A DNA stretch of 64,000 nt from Patescibacteria group bacterium (GCA_040384445.1 JAZKJG010000001.1:249483-313482); one strand, 5' to 3'. Counted from the first letter of the stretch, positions 18,903 through 27,914 are shown. Program-made: numbers and translations. Notes: generated from the sequence alone by a model not told the origin.

Positions 18903-19388
18903 CTAAATGTTTGTAAAACAGTAGTAATTGGAACCATTGCTCCATGTTTTCAACTCAGGCAAATTAAGTGAGCTTTGAAACATGACATTGTATCCGCTAG
19001 CTGATGGACCAACACCTCCACAGGTACCACCAAGATCAGATCCTGATCCAATATAATTCATATGAAAATTTGCCTGCCCAACTCCTGTTGTAAATCCGAG
19101 TTGTCCAACTGGTAAATATGGATTGAGTGCAGTAATAAAAGGTGTCATGTTGTCCCCAACTAAAGTAAGTGTCCAAGCCTGTACAAGACCTGGATAATAT
19201 CCGTTATTCTGTAACCTATATTGCTCCATAGCAGTTTGGAACCGCTTCACTTCCTGAACAATTTTTGCCACCTGAGACTTTTTTTTAGATTCACTCAGGG
19301 ATACCAGAACTATACTTGAGAGAATTCCAATAATTGTAATCACAATCAATAATTCAATAAGCGTAAATCCTTTTTTTGTTGAATGCAT
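18903..19388 (-). CDS. Type IV pilin / pseudopilin (prepilin N-terminal methylation domain)
   Basis: 161 aa; KKGFTLIELLIVITIIGIL class III signal peptide. Confidence 0.75.
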   Translation of the reverse strand: MHSTKKGFTLIELLIVITIIGILSSIVLVSLSESKKKSQVAKIVQEVKRFQTAMEQYRLQNNGYYPGLVQAWTLTLVGDNMTPFITALNPYLPVGQLGFTTGVGQANFHMNYIGSGSDLGGTCGGVGPSASGYNVMFQSSLNLPELKTWSNGSNYYCFTNI

Positions 19389-19404
19389 AAATATATAAAA
19401 ATTA

Positions 19405-19659
19405 TTATTGTAATGGAGTTCCTACTGGATGTACATCGTTCGGATCAAACGTTAGAGGTTCTTCTAATGCTCGCATAGACAGAACAGCTGAAATTATAAG
19501 TAATACCGCCATCACAACATACAATAAAATAGTTGCTACCTCTTCTGTTTTTGCAATTCCTGTTTTTATTAAAAACAACACAGCCCGAGAGGGCTGATGT
19601 TGAGTGATATATACAGGAATGTTTTCTTCAACTTGAACTATGTCTTCGTCTTGTAACAT
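19405..19659 (-). CDS. Small membrane protein (84 aa), hypothetical
   Basis: One TM helix; immediately upstream of the pilin gene on the same strand. Confidence 0.3.
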   Translation of the reverse strand: MLQDEDIVQVEENIPVYITQHQPSRAVLFLIKTGIAKTEEVATILLYVVMAVLLIISAVLSMRALEEPLTFDPNDVHPVGTPLQ

Positions 19660-19674
19660 TCAATAAGTATACGT

Positions 19675-20409
19675 TTAGTTACGTACCTTGTCCATCACAT
19701 AGGCACTAATAAACTTACTTGTAGGAGCACCTGCCTCAACTCCTTGTGTTTTTGCTTTTTCCAGTACATCAGCAATTCGTACAATAGGTTTATAGATTAT
19801 TGATACCAAAGGTCTACGGAATGTAAAAACTTTAAACCAATCAATACGTTCAAACCCACTCAATTTTACAGGAATAATATCAGTCATTGTATATTCCGCA
19901 AGAAATCCAATTCCTCCTTTAGGCTCACTTGGTTTAAGTGTATTAACACTAATTTTACCTTCGGGGAAAATACACACTGATTTTCCATATTCAAGTAGTT
20001 CTATGTGATTTACAAGTGACGCGTGGTAGTCACGCATACCAAGATATGCCGGATACGCTCCAAGCATTTTAAAGAATGTTCCTCCGTATAAATACTTTCT
20101 CCATCCAAATTTTTCATATTGATAGTGGTCTTTTGTCATTGCCACAAAATACATAGGTGAAAAAATCGTGTGAAATGGAAGCATTGTTTGTACCATAACA
20201 CCATCCCATTCACTCACGTGATTTGGGGCAAATAATAGACCTTTTTCGTTTGCGTGAACAGCTTTAAGTTCTGCCGCAGCTTCTTTTTCTCCAACAACTT
20301 GTAATCTAAACAATAGTTTAAAAAGTACTAGAGTCGATAATTTAATAATTAACTGTAAGATAATTTGGATTTTTTCTATGTGGTCATTTTTACGACTTCC
20401 TATACTCAT
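19675..20409 (-). CDS. Lysophospholipid acyltransferase family protein (second PlsC-like paralog)
   Basis: 244 aa; HxxxxD (NHVSEWD) and FPEGKIS motifs. Confidence 0.55.
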   Translation of the reverse strand: MSIGSRKNDHIEKIQIILQLIIKLSTLVLFKLLFRLQVVGEKEAAAELKAVHANEKGLLFAPNHVSEWDGVMVQTMLPFHTIFSPMYFVAMTKDHYQYEKFGWRKYLYGGTFFKMLGAYPAYLGMRDYHASLVNHIELLEYGKSVCIFPEGKISVNTLKPSEPKGGIGFLAEYTMTDIIPVKLSGFERIDWFKVFTFRRPLVSIIYKPIVRIADVLEKAKTQGVEAGAPTSKFISAYVMDKVRN

Positions 20410-20456
20410 GTTAGTATTATACTATAGTTTTTCATATTTTGCAAGTTTTAGCCTTT

Positions 20457-20963
20457 TTACTTAAAATCCCCCTTTCCGAATCCGATATCAAACTTCTGCT
20501 TAGATAAAATAAACACTGAGATCATGGGTACAATCACGCAAACGAGGTAGCCTAAATTAGTCTGAAAAAATACTTCAAAGGGCTTACCAAGATTAAATAC
20601 ATCTTTATCTGGGAGTACGTGGAAACACACACCTATTGTCAGTAAAACTATTCCAAGAGATAAAACAATAGACTCAGCAACCCCCTTCAAACTATGATGC
20701 AGTTTGAACTCATTTACAATACGAATCATAGAAATATACACAGGAATAAGTACGAGAATAAATAAAGCAGTATGCATTGTAAACTCACTCGCTCCAAAAT
20801 TCATCTTATTTAAAAAATCAGTTCCCGCATATCCTATGATTGCTTTATAGATCACAGCTGTCGGATACGTCATCAAGATAATATTGAACAGCACATGTTT
20901 TCCACGCACGAAACACAACAGTACGAATGTGAATAAAACTATGTAGAGTGCTAAATATTGCAT
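20457..20963 (-). CDS. Polytopic membrane protein (168 aa), hypothetical
   Basis: 4-5 predicted TM helices; no motif recognised. Confidence 0.4.
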   Translation of the reverse strand: MQYLALYIVLFTFVLLCFVRGKHVLFNIILMTYPTAVIYKAIIGYAGTDFLNKMNFGASEFTMHTALFILVLIPVYISMIRIVNEFKLHHSLKGVAESIVLSLGIVLLTIGVCFHVLPDKDVFNLGKPFEVFFQTNLGYLVCVIVPMISVFILSKQKFDIGFGKGDFK

Positions 20964-20978
20964 GATGATATTGTAGCA

Positions 20979-22085
20979 CTAATATCCTGCCTTCTTCAAA
21001 GATTCAATCGCATGTTTAACCTCAGACGAAACTTTTTTTGGCATTTCAACTTTAATCGTAATCATCATATCACCTCTTTTTGATCCACCTCTACCACTAT
21101 CTATCACTCCTCCCTTTTCTTTTGCTCGAAGAATATCTCCGCTTCCAACTCCTGAAGGAACTTCTAATGTAAATTTTTGGTCAAATGAATTAATCACAAC
21201 ATCCCCTCCTCCAAGTGCAACTGAAAGTGGAATTGATTGTGTCATGTAGACTGTACTTTTCTCTTTTCTAAATATCATATCTGGTTTTACTGACACCCGG
21301 ATATATAAATCTCCTGCAACATTTCCAAGCCCACCTTCAACTTCACCTCGTCCTTGTACACGGAGTGATTCACCATTGTTGATTCCAGCCGGAATATGAA
21401 CTGTGATACTTTCTTTTTGTTTTGTAACTCCTGCACCTTTACATGTATGACATACACGAACCGGTATTTTTCCTGCACCGTCACACACATCACACACGTA
21501 TTGTTGTTCAACTTGTCCAAAAATAGATCGTTGCATTTTTGTGATATGGCCTGATCCTTTACACGTATCACATTTTTTAAAATCACTTCCAGGCTCTGCT
21601 TTACTTCCTTTACATGATACACAGGTATTGTGTCGAGAATATTCTATTGTTTTATCAATTCCAAGTGCAGAGTCTTTAAATGAAAGTGACACATCGACAG
21701 CAATGTCTGCTCCACGAGTTCTACTTCCACCTCTTGTTGCTCCACCTCTTCGCCCACCACTAAACATAGATCCAAAAATATCACCAAGATCAAATTCCAT
21801 ATCTGCTCCTTGTCCTTGTGAAAATCCCGAGAAATCAAAACCACCAAATCCTTGCCCAGCATGAGCTCCACCATGTGATGGACCTTCTGAACCGAACGTA
21901 TCATAGTGTTGACGTTTTTTGGCATCAGACAACGTACTGTATGCCTGATTTATTTCTTTAAATTTTTCATCTTTTCCTCCGTTTTTATCAGGATGATGTT
22001 CTAGTGCAAGTTTTCGAAATGCCTTTTTGATCTCGTCTTGTGACGCATTTTTCTCAACTCCAAGAATCTTATAATAGTCTTTCAT
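20979..22085 (-). CDS. dnaJ: Chaperone DnaJ
   Basis: 368 aa; J-domain with HPD (EHHPDKN), G/F region, four CxxCxGxG zinc-finger repeats. Confidence 0.9.
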   Translation of the reverse strand: MKDYYKILGVEKNASQDEIKKAFRKLALEHHPDKNGGKDEKFKEINQAYSTLSDAKKRQHYDTFGSEGPSHGGAHAGQGFGGFDFSGFSQGQGADMEFDLGDIFGSMFSGGRRGGATRGGSRTRGADIAVDVSLSFKDSALGIDKTIEYSRHNTCVSCKGSKAEPGSDFKKCDTCKGSGHITKMQRSIFGQVEQQYVCDVCDGAGKIPVRVCHTCKGAGVTKQKESITVHIPAGINNGESLRVQGRGEVEGGLGNVAGDLYIRVSVKPDMIFRKEKSTVYMTQSIPLSVALGGGDVVINSFDQKFTLEVPSGVGSGDILRAKEKGGVIDSGRGGSKRGDMMITIKVEMPKKVSSEVKHAIESLKKAGY

Positions 22086-22131
22086 GGGCCAATAATATCA
22101 TATCTGTCAATAATCTGCTTACGATAGGATT

Positions 22132-23451
22132 TTACTTCGGAAAATACACCAATGGATCAAGATACGCATTAACAGCAGATACAGGCATTGTCATACTTGT
22201 TCCAGGACATGAGTTACTTGGTCGAGTTACTGGATTTACAGCATCAGCAGCATACATACTTACATGTAAGTGAGGACCAGTTGAATATCCTGTGTTTCCA
22301 CTATATCCAACAACATCTCCTGCAGATACAGCTTGTCCAGGTGTTACAGAAATCTGTGATAAGTGTCCATATGTGGTTGCGAGACCGTTGTCGTATTTAA
22401 TAAGAATCCATTTTCCAAAAGAAACACCTCGACAATCTTTATCAGTATCTCCTGTTCCTGCAACTTTTCCATTTCCAGCAGATTTAAGAGGAGTTCCAAC
22501 AGGTGCTCTAAAGTCAACACCGTTATGTGTTCCTGATACATACAGTCTACCTGATGCATTTGTCTTACCGAACTTTTGAGTAATATACACATTATCTACC
22601 GGCCACTCGAGAGCGGTTGAGTTTGCTTTAGGCAGTGATCCAGGATTCAACACATATGTTAGTTTCTTTTCGTATTCAAAGATTTCTTTTTCAAACGCTA
22701 TTTTTTTCTTTTTCTTATCATCGAGAATTGCTTTGTAGTTTTTCTCTTGATTTTTAGTGAGCGCTAATTCTTTCTTCTGTTCTGCTTTTGCAATGTCCAA
22801 ACTTTTTTGCTTTGTTTGTAGTTTTACTTTTTCAGATTCAAGTTCTTGCTTCTTCTTTAATTCCCCTTCTTTGTTCGTTTCTAGAACTTCTTTTTCTTTC
22901 ACCACATCTTTTACAAGTTTATCCATTTCTTCTTGAATAACCTGAAGGTGATCAATATCTTGCACTGAACTCAAAATATTTCTATTTGCAAGAAAGTTCT
23001 CAATTACATTAATATCATCAGCAATATATTGTGAGTAAATTGTTTCAATAAGTCCAGCACGAATTCGCACCAGTTTTTCTTCACCTCCTTGAATTTCTGT
23101 TGAGAGCTGGGTGATTTCTAAATTACTCTTATCGATAGAAGTCTGACTTTTCTTAATATCAAGAGTCACAGAACTTACCTGTCGCTCAAGACCTTTAATA
23201 TATCCATTTAAAGTTTCTGCTTCTTTAGAAGATTTATCTGCGAGTTCCGCATATGCTTTAATTTCTTTTTCAAGATCAGCAATAAGCCGAGCACGTTCGT
23301 TGATTTGAGCTTGCAGTTGTGCAGCATCAGTAGGAGCTACTGTCTGTGCGTACACATATGTACACGATACACCCAATACACTCACCATAATTACTCCAAT
23401 TATAATATGTAGCAGTCTTTGCATATGGCACTTATTGTACCATGACATCAA
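22132..23451 (-). CDS. M23-family metallopeptidase with N-terminal coiled-coil (murein hydrolase / EnvC-like)
   Basis: 439 aa; signal/TM, long coiled-coil, C-terminal LytM motifs HNGVDF...GHLS...GPHLHV. Confidence 0.75.
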   Translation of the reverse strand: MMSWYNKCHMQRLLHIIIGVIMVSVLGVSCTYVYAQTVAPTDAAQLQAQINERARLIADLEKEIKAYAELADKSSKEAETLNGYIKGLERQVSSVTLDIKKSQTSIDKSNLEITQLSTEIQGGEEKLVRIRAGLIETIYSQYIADDINVIENFLANRNILSSVQDIDHLQVIQEEMDKLVKDVVKEKEVLETNKEGELKKKQELESEKVKLQTKQKSLDIAKAEQKKELALTKNQEKNYKAILDDKKKKKIAFEKEIFEYEKKLTYVLNPGSLPKANSTALEWPVDNVYITQKFGKTNASGRLYVSGTHNGVDFRAPVGTPLKSAGNGKVAGTGDTDKDCRGVSFGKWILIKYDNGLATTYGHLSQISVTPGQAVSAGDVVGYSGNTGYSTGPHLHVSMYAADAVNPVTRPSNSCPGTSMTMPVSAVNAYLDPLVYFPK

Positions 23452-24811
23452 TAGCTTTTTGAACTCTGACCATACTTTCTGATTTTCCCAAAATATAAAG
23501 CATTGAAAATGGATCTACAGACTTCTCTTGAAGTGTCAGTGCAATTCGAAGTGGCCACAACACAATCCCTCTTCCTTTTTCTTCGGCGAAGCTCCATAGC
23601 TTTTCTTTTATACTTTCTACAGTGTTGTAATCTTCTTCTGTTGTATTCTCTAAAATAGACTTCACTTCATTTAAAATAGCTGCAGTAGACTCCTTTGTGA
23701 CTTCAGTTCCTTTTCTCATTTTCTCTGGAACTAATAGTAAGTTTGAAATTTCTTCTGTACTCAGTGATGAATTTGAAGAATATAAATATGTATATGATGG
23801 ATCAGTATCCATATTTGCGAGTTCTCCAGCATACGAAAGTCTATCTCGAACTATGAGTAAAATTTTCTTAAGTGAGGCTGTATCTACATTTTCTACAACA
23901 GATGTTGGTATAAATGGAGTTACATACTCTATATAGGCATCTTCTGACATGAGCTTCATGTGCTCTTGATTGAACCAATCGAGTTTTACAGGATTAAACA
24001 CAGCTCCGCCTTTTTGTACTTTTGAAAGATCGAAAACTTGAATGAGTTCATCAAGTGTGTAAATTTCTTTTTCTCCACCTGGATTAAATCCGATGAATGC
24101 AGCTGCGTTTAGGATAGCCGATGGTAGGTATCCCATCTTCTTATACTCCAATACAGAAAGTGCCCCTTTTCGTTTTGAAAGTTTTTGTTTATCTTCACCA
24201 AGTACAAGAGGGATATGTGCGTACTCAGGAATTTTTCCACTAAGTGCTTCAATCAAAAGAATTTGTCGTGGTGTATTTGAAATATGATCCATCCCTCGAA
24301 TCACATGTGTTACACCAGATTCCATATCATCAACCACTACTGCTAAGTGATATAGTGGATCGTTTATATTTCGTGCAATAACAAAATCACCCAGATCAGT
24401 ACTGTCTACTGAAATTTCTCCTAGAATTAAATCATTAAATACAACTCTCTTGTTTGGGTTTTTAAATCGAACAATTTCTTTAATTACTCCGCTTCCATCT
24501 TTTGCTTCTTCTTTTGAAATATATGCATGTCCAGCATCAATAAGCGTATGAATTGCTTTTGTGTGTGATGCAACATTTTCAGTTTGAATAGAAACTTCTC
24601 CATCATATGATAGACCAAGCCACTCTAAACTTTCTAAAATTCCATCTTGATACTCTTTCTTTGATCGCTCTTTATCTGTATCTTCGATTCGGAGTAAAAA
24701 TTTTCCTCCTTTTTGTTTTGCATATAAATAGTTAAAAATTGCAGTACGGTATGAACCGATGTGAGCGTGACCTGTCGGACTTGGTGGAAATCGTACGACG
24801 ATGTGTGACAT
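23432..24811 (-). CDS. gltX: Glutamate--tRNA ligase
   Basis: 459 aa; RFPPSPTGHAHIGSYRTAIFNY (HIGH) and KLSKR motifs. Confidence 0.85.
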   Translation of the reverse strand: MSHIVVRFPPSPTGHAHIGSYRTAIFNYLYAKQKGGKFLLRIEDTDKERSKKEYQDGILESLEWLGLSYDGEVSIQTENVASHTKAIHTLIDAGHAYISKEEAKDGSGVIKEIVRFKNPNKRVVFNDLILGEISVDSTDLGDFVIARNINDPLYHLAVVVDDMESGVTHVIRGMDHISNTPRQILLIEALSGKIPEYAHIPLVLGEDKQKLSKRKGALSVLEYKKMGYLPSAILNAAAFIGFNPGGEKEIYTLDELIQVFDLSKVQKGGAVFNPVKLDWFNQEHMKLMSEDAYIEYVTPFIPTSVVENVDTASLKKILLIVRDRLSYAGELANMDTDPSYTYLYSSNSSLSTEEISNLLLVPEKMRKGTEVTKESTAAILNEVKSILENTTEEDYNTVESIKEKLWSFAEEKGRGIVLWPLRIALTLQEKSVDPFSMLYILGKSESMVRVQKAIDVMVQ

Positions 24812-24815
24812 ATAA

Positions 24816-25025
24816 TTATCTTCTTCTTACTAGTTTTGGTTTTCCTCCGTATGAATCTAATTCAATCTCTACTGTATCTCCAACTAAAATTCGAATTCGG
24901 TTGTATTTCATTTTACCACTTAAATACGCAAGCATAAGAGTTCCATCTTCAAGTTGCACACGAAAATGAGTGTCTGGGAGTGATTCTACCACTGTTCCGG
25001 TGAGGATGATTTTGTCTTGTGCCAT
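24816..25025 (-). CDS. infA: Translation initiation factor IF-1
   Basis: 69 aa; AKDKIILTGTVVESLPDTHFRVQLEDG...ISGKMKYNRIRILVGD aligns to IF-1 (S1/OB fold). Confidence 0.9.
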   Translation of the reverse strand: MAQDKIILTGTVVESLPDTHFRVQLEDGTLMLAYLSGKMKYNRIRILVGDTVEIELDSYGGKPKLVRRR

Positions 25026-25068
25026 ATGGGGTTATGGTACAGTAGAATGGTAATTTTGGCAATTGAGG

Positions 25069-25096
25069 TTGACAGGTAGTATATGTATGGTATTAT
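25069..25096 (+). promoter_or_regulatory. Strong sigma70-type promoter (TTGACA-N16-TGgTATTAT) at the left edge of the accessory islet
   Basis: TTGACA 25069-25074; extended -10 TGgTATTAT 25088-25096. Confidence 0.5.
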
Positions 25097-25155
25097 ATAT
25101 CCAGGCACTTTATATTTGAAGAGTGCTAATTTCAAACCATCATTTGATATTTATT

Positions 25156-25410
25156 ATGGACGATAGAGATTATTGGCTCAAAGAAGACGGAGAACTATGG
25201 AAGAATGTAACTCGGAGTGAGTTTACATATGCCGAACGTCGTGCGGGATACAAGCCTAAAGTAGGCGGTAGTCCTGTAGCAACTCCAGGCTTTTCAAAAG
25301 GCACTGTTGAGGGTCGAATTACCTACCCGGACACTAACCCTTCAGCATATGCGGACTGGGATCCAGCTTTTGCAAAAATTTTGGAAGCACACCAAGCAGT
25401 GGCTGCGTAA
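25156..25410 (+). CDS. Hypothetical small protein (84 aa from first ATG; ORF track begins at an upstream GTG 25123)
   Basis: MDDRDYWLKEDGELWKN...; bracketed by the promoter at 25069 and terminator at 25427. Confidence 0.35.
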   Translation: MDDRDYWLKEDGELWKNVTRSEFTYAERRAGYKPKVGGSPVATPGFSKGTVEGRITYPDTNPSAYADWDPAFAKILEAHQAVAA

Positions 25411-25426
25411 TTGCCACAACTATAGA

Positions 25427-25460
25427 ACACCGACCAGAAATGGTATCGGTGTTTTCTTTT
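25427..25460 (+). terminator. Intrinsic terminator
   Basis: acaccga-cagaaatggta-tcggtgt followed by tttcttttt. Confidence 0.5.
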
Positions 25461-25462
25461 TG

Positions 25463-25491
25463 TTGACACATCACTTTATTAGTGGTATTTT
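25463..25491 (+). promoter_or_regulatory. Promoter TTGACA-N17-TGgTATTTT
   Basis: TTGACA 25463-25468; extended -10 at 25483-25491. Confidence 0.5.
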
Positions 25492-25564
25492 TCACACAGT
25501 ACATTCATCAGGTAGAGGTCCCAGAAAAACCCAGGTGTCCTTATTACACCAAAGATATATACGT

Positions 25565-25774
25565 ATGCAACTTTCTTACCCTCCAGATACAGCCTTATGT
25601 GATATGTGTGGTGGACATGAAGTTGAATGTCATGTATGTGAAGGCAGACGTCATGTCTCAAAACACAGCCCACATGCAAGGCGATGCGCGGGTGATCAAT
25701 GCTTCAAAGTCGTCCCTTCAGACGCAGTCTTCACACTTTACTGCACTATACGTTGCAAATTCACAAACGAATAA
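25565..25774 (+). CDS. Cys-rich small protein (69 aa; 8 Cys, zinc-ribbon-like)
   Basis: MQLSYPPDTALCDMCGGHEVECHVCEGRRHV...CAGDQCFKV...LYCTIRCKF; first in-frame ATG after the promoter; terminator follows. Confidence 0.4.
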   Translation: MQLSYPPDTALCDMCGGHEVECHVCEGRRHVSKHSPHARRCAGDQCFKVVPSDAVFTLYCTIRCKFTNE

Positions 25775-25784
25775 TAACTCACCG

Positions 25785-25820
25785 CTCGGGAATTCCCGCT
25801 TCGGTGGGTTTTCTTTTTTG
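25785..25820 (+). terminator. Intrinsic terminator (cgggaattcccg palindrome + cccgc-ttcg-gtggg hairpin + T-run)
   Basis: Read directly from the sequence; the T-run ttttctttttt runs into repeat copy A. Confidence 0.5.
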
Positions 25821-25842
25821 ATGAAAGTACTTTGTTTGACAT
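25819..25842 (+). repeat. 24-nt repeat TTGATGAAAGTACTTTGTTTGACA, copy A (ends in a -35-like TTGACA)
   Basis: Identical 24-mer recurs at 26486-26509. Confidence 0.65.
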
Positions 25843-25929
25843 TTTACAGAGTAATGATACTGTTACTCTCGGCACTGAAGAAAGGTAGTACTCAGTCCAG
25901 CACCTCATATTTAACAAAAGGAGTCTCGT

Positions 25930-26259
25930 ATGGTAACACTCACGACTAGTCACAAAAATCCTCGCAGAAAATTTCGGAAATTTAATCGGAAGAAAGTAGT
26001 GAAGCTACTTGAACAGGCGCCGAAGTTCTTTATTTTTCACAAGTTTGTCAGGTGTCACTTTAACGACGAAATTAGGGTTTTAAATCTTGATACTCATCTC
26101 AACCTCGGAAAATACGGCAGGTTTGCACTTGTTGCCTTTGACGGATCCTCAGCAATCATCATGCACAGAGCACGACGTCAAAAAAACGATCGATTCATTT
26201 CCATTAGGAACAACAAAAATGTTAAGATCGGACACGGCATGTTCGTTGAGGAACGGTAA
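25930..26259 (+). CDS. Hypothetical basic protein (109 aa)
   Basis: ATG at 25930 preceded by AAAGAG; Lys/Arg-rich N-terminus; no motif recognised. Confidence 0.4.
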   Translation: MVTLTTSHKNPRRKFRKFNRKKVVKLLEQAPKFFIFHKFVRCHFNDEIRVLNLDTHLNLGKYGRFALVAFDGSSAIIMHRARRQKNDRFISIRNNKNVKIGHGMFVEER

Positions 26260-26281
26260 ACATCTCCCTCGCATACCTTTC

Positions 26282-26437
26282 ATGGAAAATATTATTCAAG
26301 CCCTATTTGGAATCCTTAAAATTATTGGATGCCTTCTTACTGTTGTCGTTATTGTATGCATCATTTGCTACAAGGAAATGCCACATGTCTGGACATGCAT
26401 AACAATACTCTGGGAAGAATGGAGGAAAAAGAAGTGA
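26282..26437 (+). CDS. Possible small hydrophobic protein (51 aa), low confidence
   Basis: MENIIQALFGILKIIGCLLTVVVIVCIICYKEMPHVW...; C-terminal part of ORF 26087..26437; ends 3 nt before terminator/repeat B. Confidence 0.25.
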   Translation: MENIIQALFGILKIIGCLLTVVVIVCIICYKEMPHVWTCITILWEEWRKKK

Positions 26438-26439
26438 TT

Positions 26440-26485
26440 AAAACAACCTCCCGCACTGTCATGGTGTGGGAGGGTTTTTGTTTTC
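26440..26485 (+). terminator. Terminator hairpin, copy B of a ~44-nt repeat (cctcccgcac-tgtcatg-gtgtgggagg + T-run)
   Basis: Near-identical copy at 27286-27331 (2 substitutions, 1 indel). Confidence 0.6.
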
Positions 26486-26509
26486 TTGATGAAAGTACTT
26501 TGTTTGACA
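26486..26509 (+). repeat. 24-nt repeat TTGATGAAAGTACTTTGTTTGACA, copy B
   Basis: Identical to 25819-25842; its TTGACA serves as the -35 for TGgTATTTT at 26524-26532. Confidence 0.65.
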
Positions 26510-26532
26510 CAACCATTGACATGTGGTATTTT
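26504..26532 (+). promoter_or_regulatory. Promoter TTGACA-N17-TGgTATTTT driving the MazG-like gene
   Basis: TTGACA 26504-26509, spacer 17 nt, -10 TATTTT 26527-26532 with a TG extension. Confidence 0.5.
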
Positions 26533-26567
26533 GCAAACAGAAACAAAACCTTTACTACCCTACCCTC

Positions 26568-27287
26568 ATGACCCTTGAAGAATTCCTGTCTCACTTTGGA
26601 AAAATATACGGAAAAAACAATAGGATATTTTATTCTCCTTTAGAGCACGTTGGATTTATCTCCGCTGCCATTCGGAATGTTCAAGAAACGCTGCGCAAAA
26701 AACCTGGCAACACAAGAGCTCTTGAAGAATCAATCGGCGGTCTCATTGCTCGAATTTTTGCAATCGCAACATTCTATCGGAAATTACCATTGAACAGTGG
26801 CTTTTGTACTAAATTCCCAGCCGGAGTTTGCGGAGATTGCCAGACATCAACATGTTCTTGTGATTATCAAAATCGTCCCAAGCATTCTGGAAATAAGCCT
26901 CCTGAAGAACAGTTCGCCTGGACATTGGCACAGCATCAAGAAAACATGCGAGCAGTATATGGACAAAGCAACACCGAAAAAGGAGGCACTTCTTTCTGCT
27001 TCGAAAGACTTCATTCCGAAGCTGCAGAACTTGTCTCGATTCTAATCGGTTCCGATTACACAGGTTGCACCGCTGTTGAAATTGAAAAAGGTCTCGTGGA
27101 AGAAATTTCCGATGTTTTGGCTTGGACATTGTCTTTAGCTGTTCAACTCAATGTCGATGCACAACATGTTGCTCTCCATATGTATGGCAATGGGTGTCCT
27201 ATCTGCTCCGACAATCCATGTAGGTGTCAAAAGTTCAGAATCGATCCGAGAAATCAGATTGAAACTGCCCGGACTCAACCCGCGTAA
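26568..27287 (+). CDS. MazG-like all-alpha NTP pyrophosphohydrolase domain protein with two Cys clusters
   Basis: 239 aa from ATG 26568; HSEAAELVSILIG...EISDVLAWTLSLAVQLNVD resembles the MazG EExxE/D helix pair; CGDCQTSTCSC and CPICSDNPCRC clusters. Confidence 0.5.
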   Translation: MTLEEFLSHFGKIYGKNNRIFYSPLEHVGFISAAIRNVQETLRKKPGNTRALEESIGGLIARIFAIATFYRKLPLNSGFCTKFPAGVCGDCQTSTCSCDYQNRPKHSGNKPPEEQFAWTLAQHQENMRAVYGQSNTEKGGTSFCFERLHSEAAELVSILIGSDYTGCTAVEIEKGLVEEISDVLAWTLSLAVQLNVDAQHVALHMYGNGCPICSDNPCRCQKFRIDPRNQIETARTQPA

Positions 27288-27331
27288 AACAACCTCCCAC
27301 ACTGTTATGGTGTGGGAGGGTTTTTTGTTTT
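27286..27331 (+). terminator. Terminator hairpin, copy C of the ~44-nt repeat
   Basis: cctcccacac-tgttatg-gtgtgggagg followed by gttttttgttttt. Confidence 0.6.
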
Positions 27332-27335
27332 TATA

Positions 27336-27364
27336 CTTGACCGTATACATAATAGGCGCTATTA
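27336..27364 (+). promoter_or_regulatory. Promoter TTGACC-N17-TATTAT
   Basis: TTGACC 27336-27341; TATTAT 27359-27364. Confidence 0.45.
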
Positions 27365-27370
27365 TACTTG

Positions 27371-27562
27371 AGGAAAACTGGTTGTAACAAACACTGAAGC
27401 AAAATCTAGATTGTGAGTAGTGTCAATTTTCAACCCAAGACTTAACAAACACGAACCTAAATTTATTCAGCAAGTACTGTCACTTTAAGTTATGAAAAGA
27501 ATTCCCCCGTTTGCTCGTTTTTCCGTTCAAACCCCTCCTTCGCACCGAAGGAGGGGTTTTTT
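27371..27562 (+). ncRNA. Candidate ~190-nt small RNA bounded by a promoter and an intrinsic terminator
   Basis: No credible ORF; the only long frame (27511..27726) runs through the terminator cccctccttcg-cac-cgaaggagggg + tttttt at 27532-27562. Confidence 0.3.
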
Positions 27563-27572
27563 ATATTTATAT

Positions 27573-27914
27573 TCATTTATACATCTCATCACGAATTCTT
27601 GTCAGCCCCTCAATCACTTTTTCATCGGTGATCAGAGTAAATCTTGAAACTGATTCTCCGTCGATCTCAACATTTCCCATCCACATTTCAAGTGGACGGA
27701 TATCAAAGAACTTTCCTGCTTTGTAAACTGAGGATTCGTAGATGGGTTGATAAACCACAAAGTGCACATCATCTTCTTCCGTGTGATAACCCACACCTAC
27801 CACTTGGTATACATAATTATTCATTGAACCATTGGGATTGTGCTTGTAATGGTAGTAAAAAGCACCTTTAACTGGGATGTTGGTTGGAATTTTCATGTGG
27901 GGGTAGTATAGCAT
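27573..27914 (-). CDS. DUF1653-family protein
   Basis: 113 aa; YYHYKHNPNGSMNNYVYQVVGVGYHTEEDDVHFVVYQPIY...RPLEMW matches the DUF1653 pattern (recalled from memory). Confidence 0.55.
   Translation of the reverse strand: MLYYPHMKIPTNIPVKGAFYYHYKHNPNGSMNNYVYQVVGVGYHTEEDDVHFVVYQPIYESSVYKAGKFFDIRPLEMWMGNVEIDGESVSRFTLITDEKVIEGLTRIRDEMYK

Noticed and set aside
22086-22131. CIRCE/HrcA operator upstream of dnaJ
   Set aside because: Only 46 nt of intergenic sequence, with no TTAGCACTC-N9-GAGTGCTAA inverted repeat.
25482-25949. 155-aa ORF in the islet
   Set aside because: It starts inside the predicted promoter (25463-25491), crosses the hairpin terminator at 25785-25820 and overlaps the better-supported Cys-rich ORF in another frame.
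25819-27331. CRISPR array formed by the 24-nt and 44-nt repeats
   Set aside because: Only two copies of each, irregular spacing (667 and ~846 nt), the copies are promoter/terminator structures, and no cas genes are present.
25069-27914. Calling the islet a mobile element or prophage
   Set aside because: No integrase, transposase, terminal inverted repeats or tRNA attachment site is visible; only a compositional shift and modular repeats. Left as an accessory islet.
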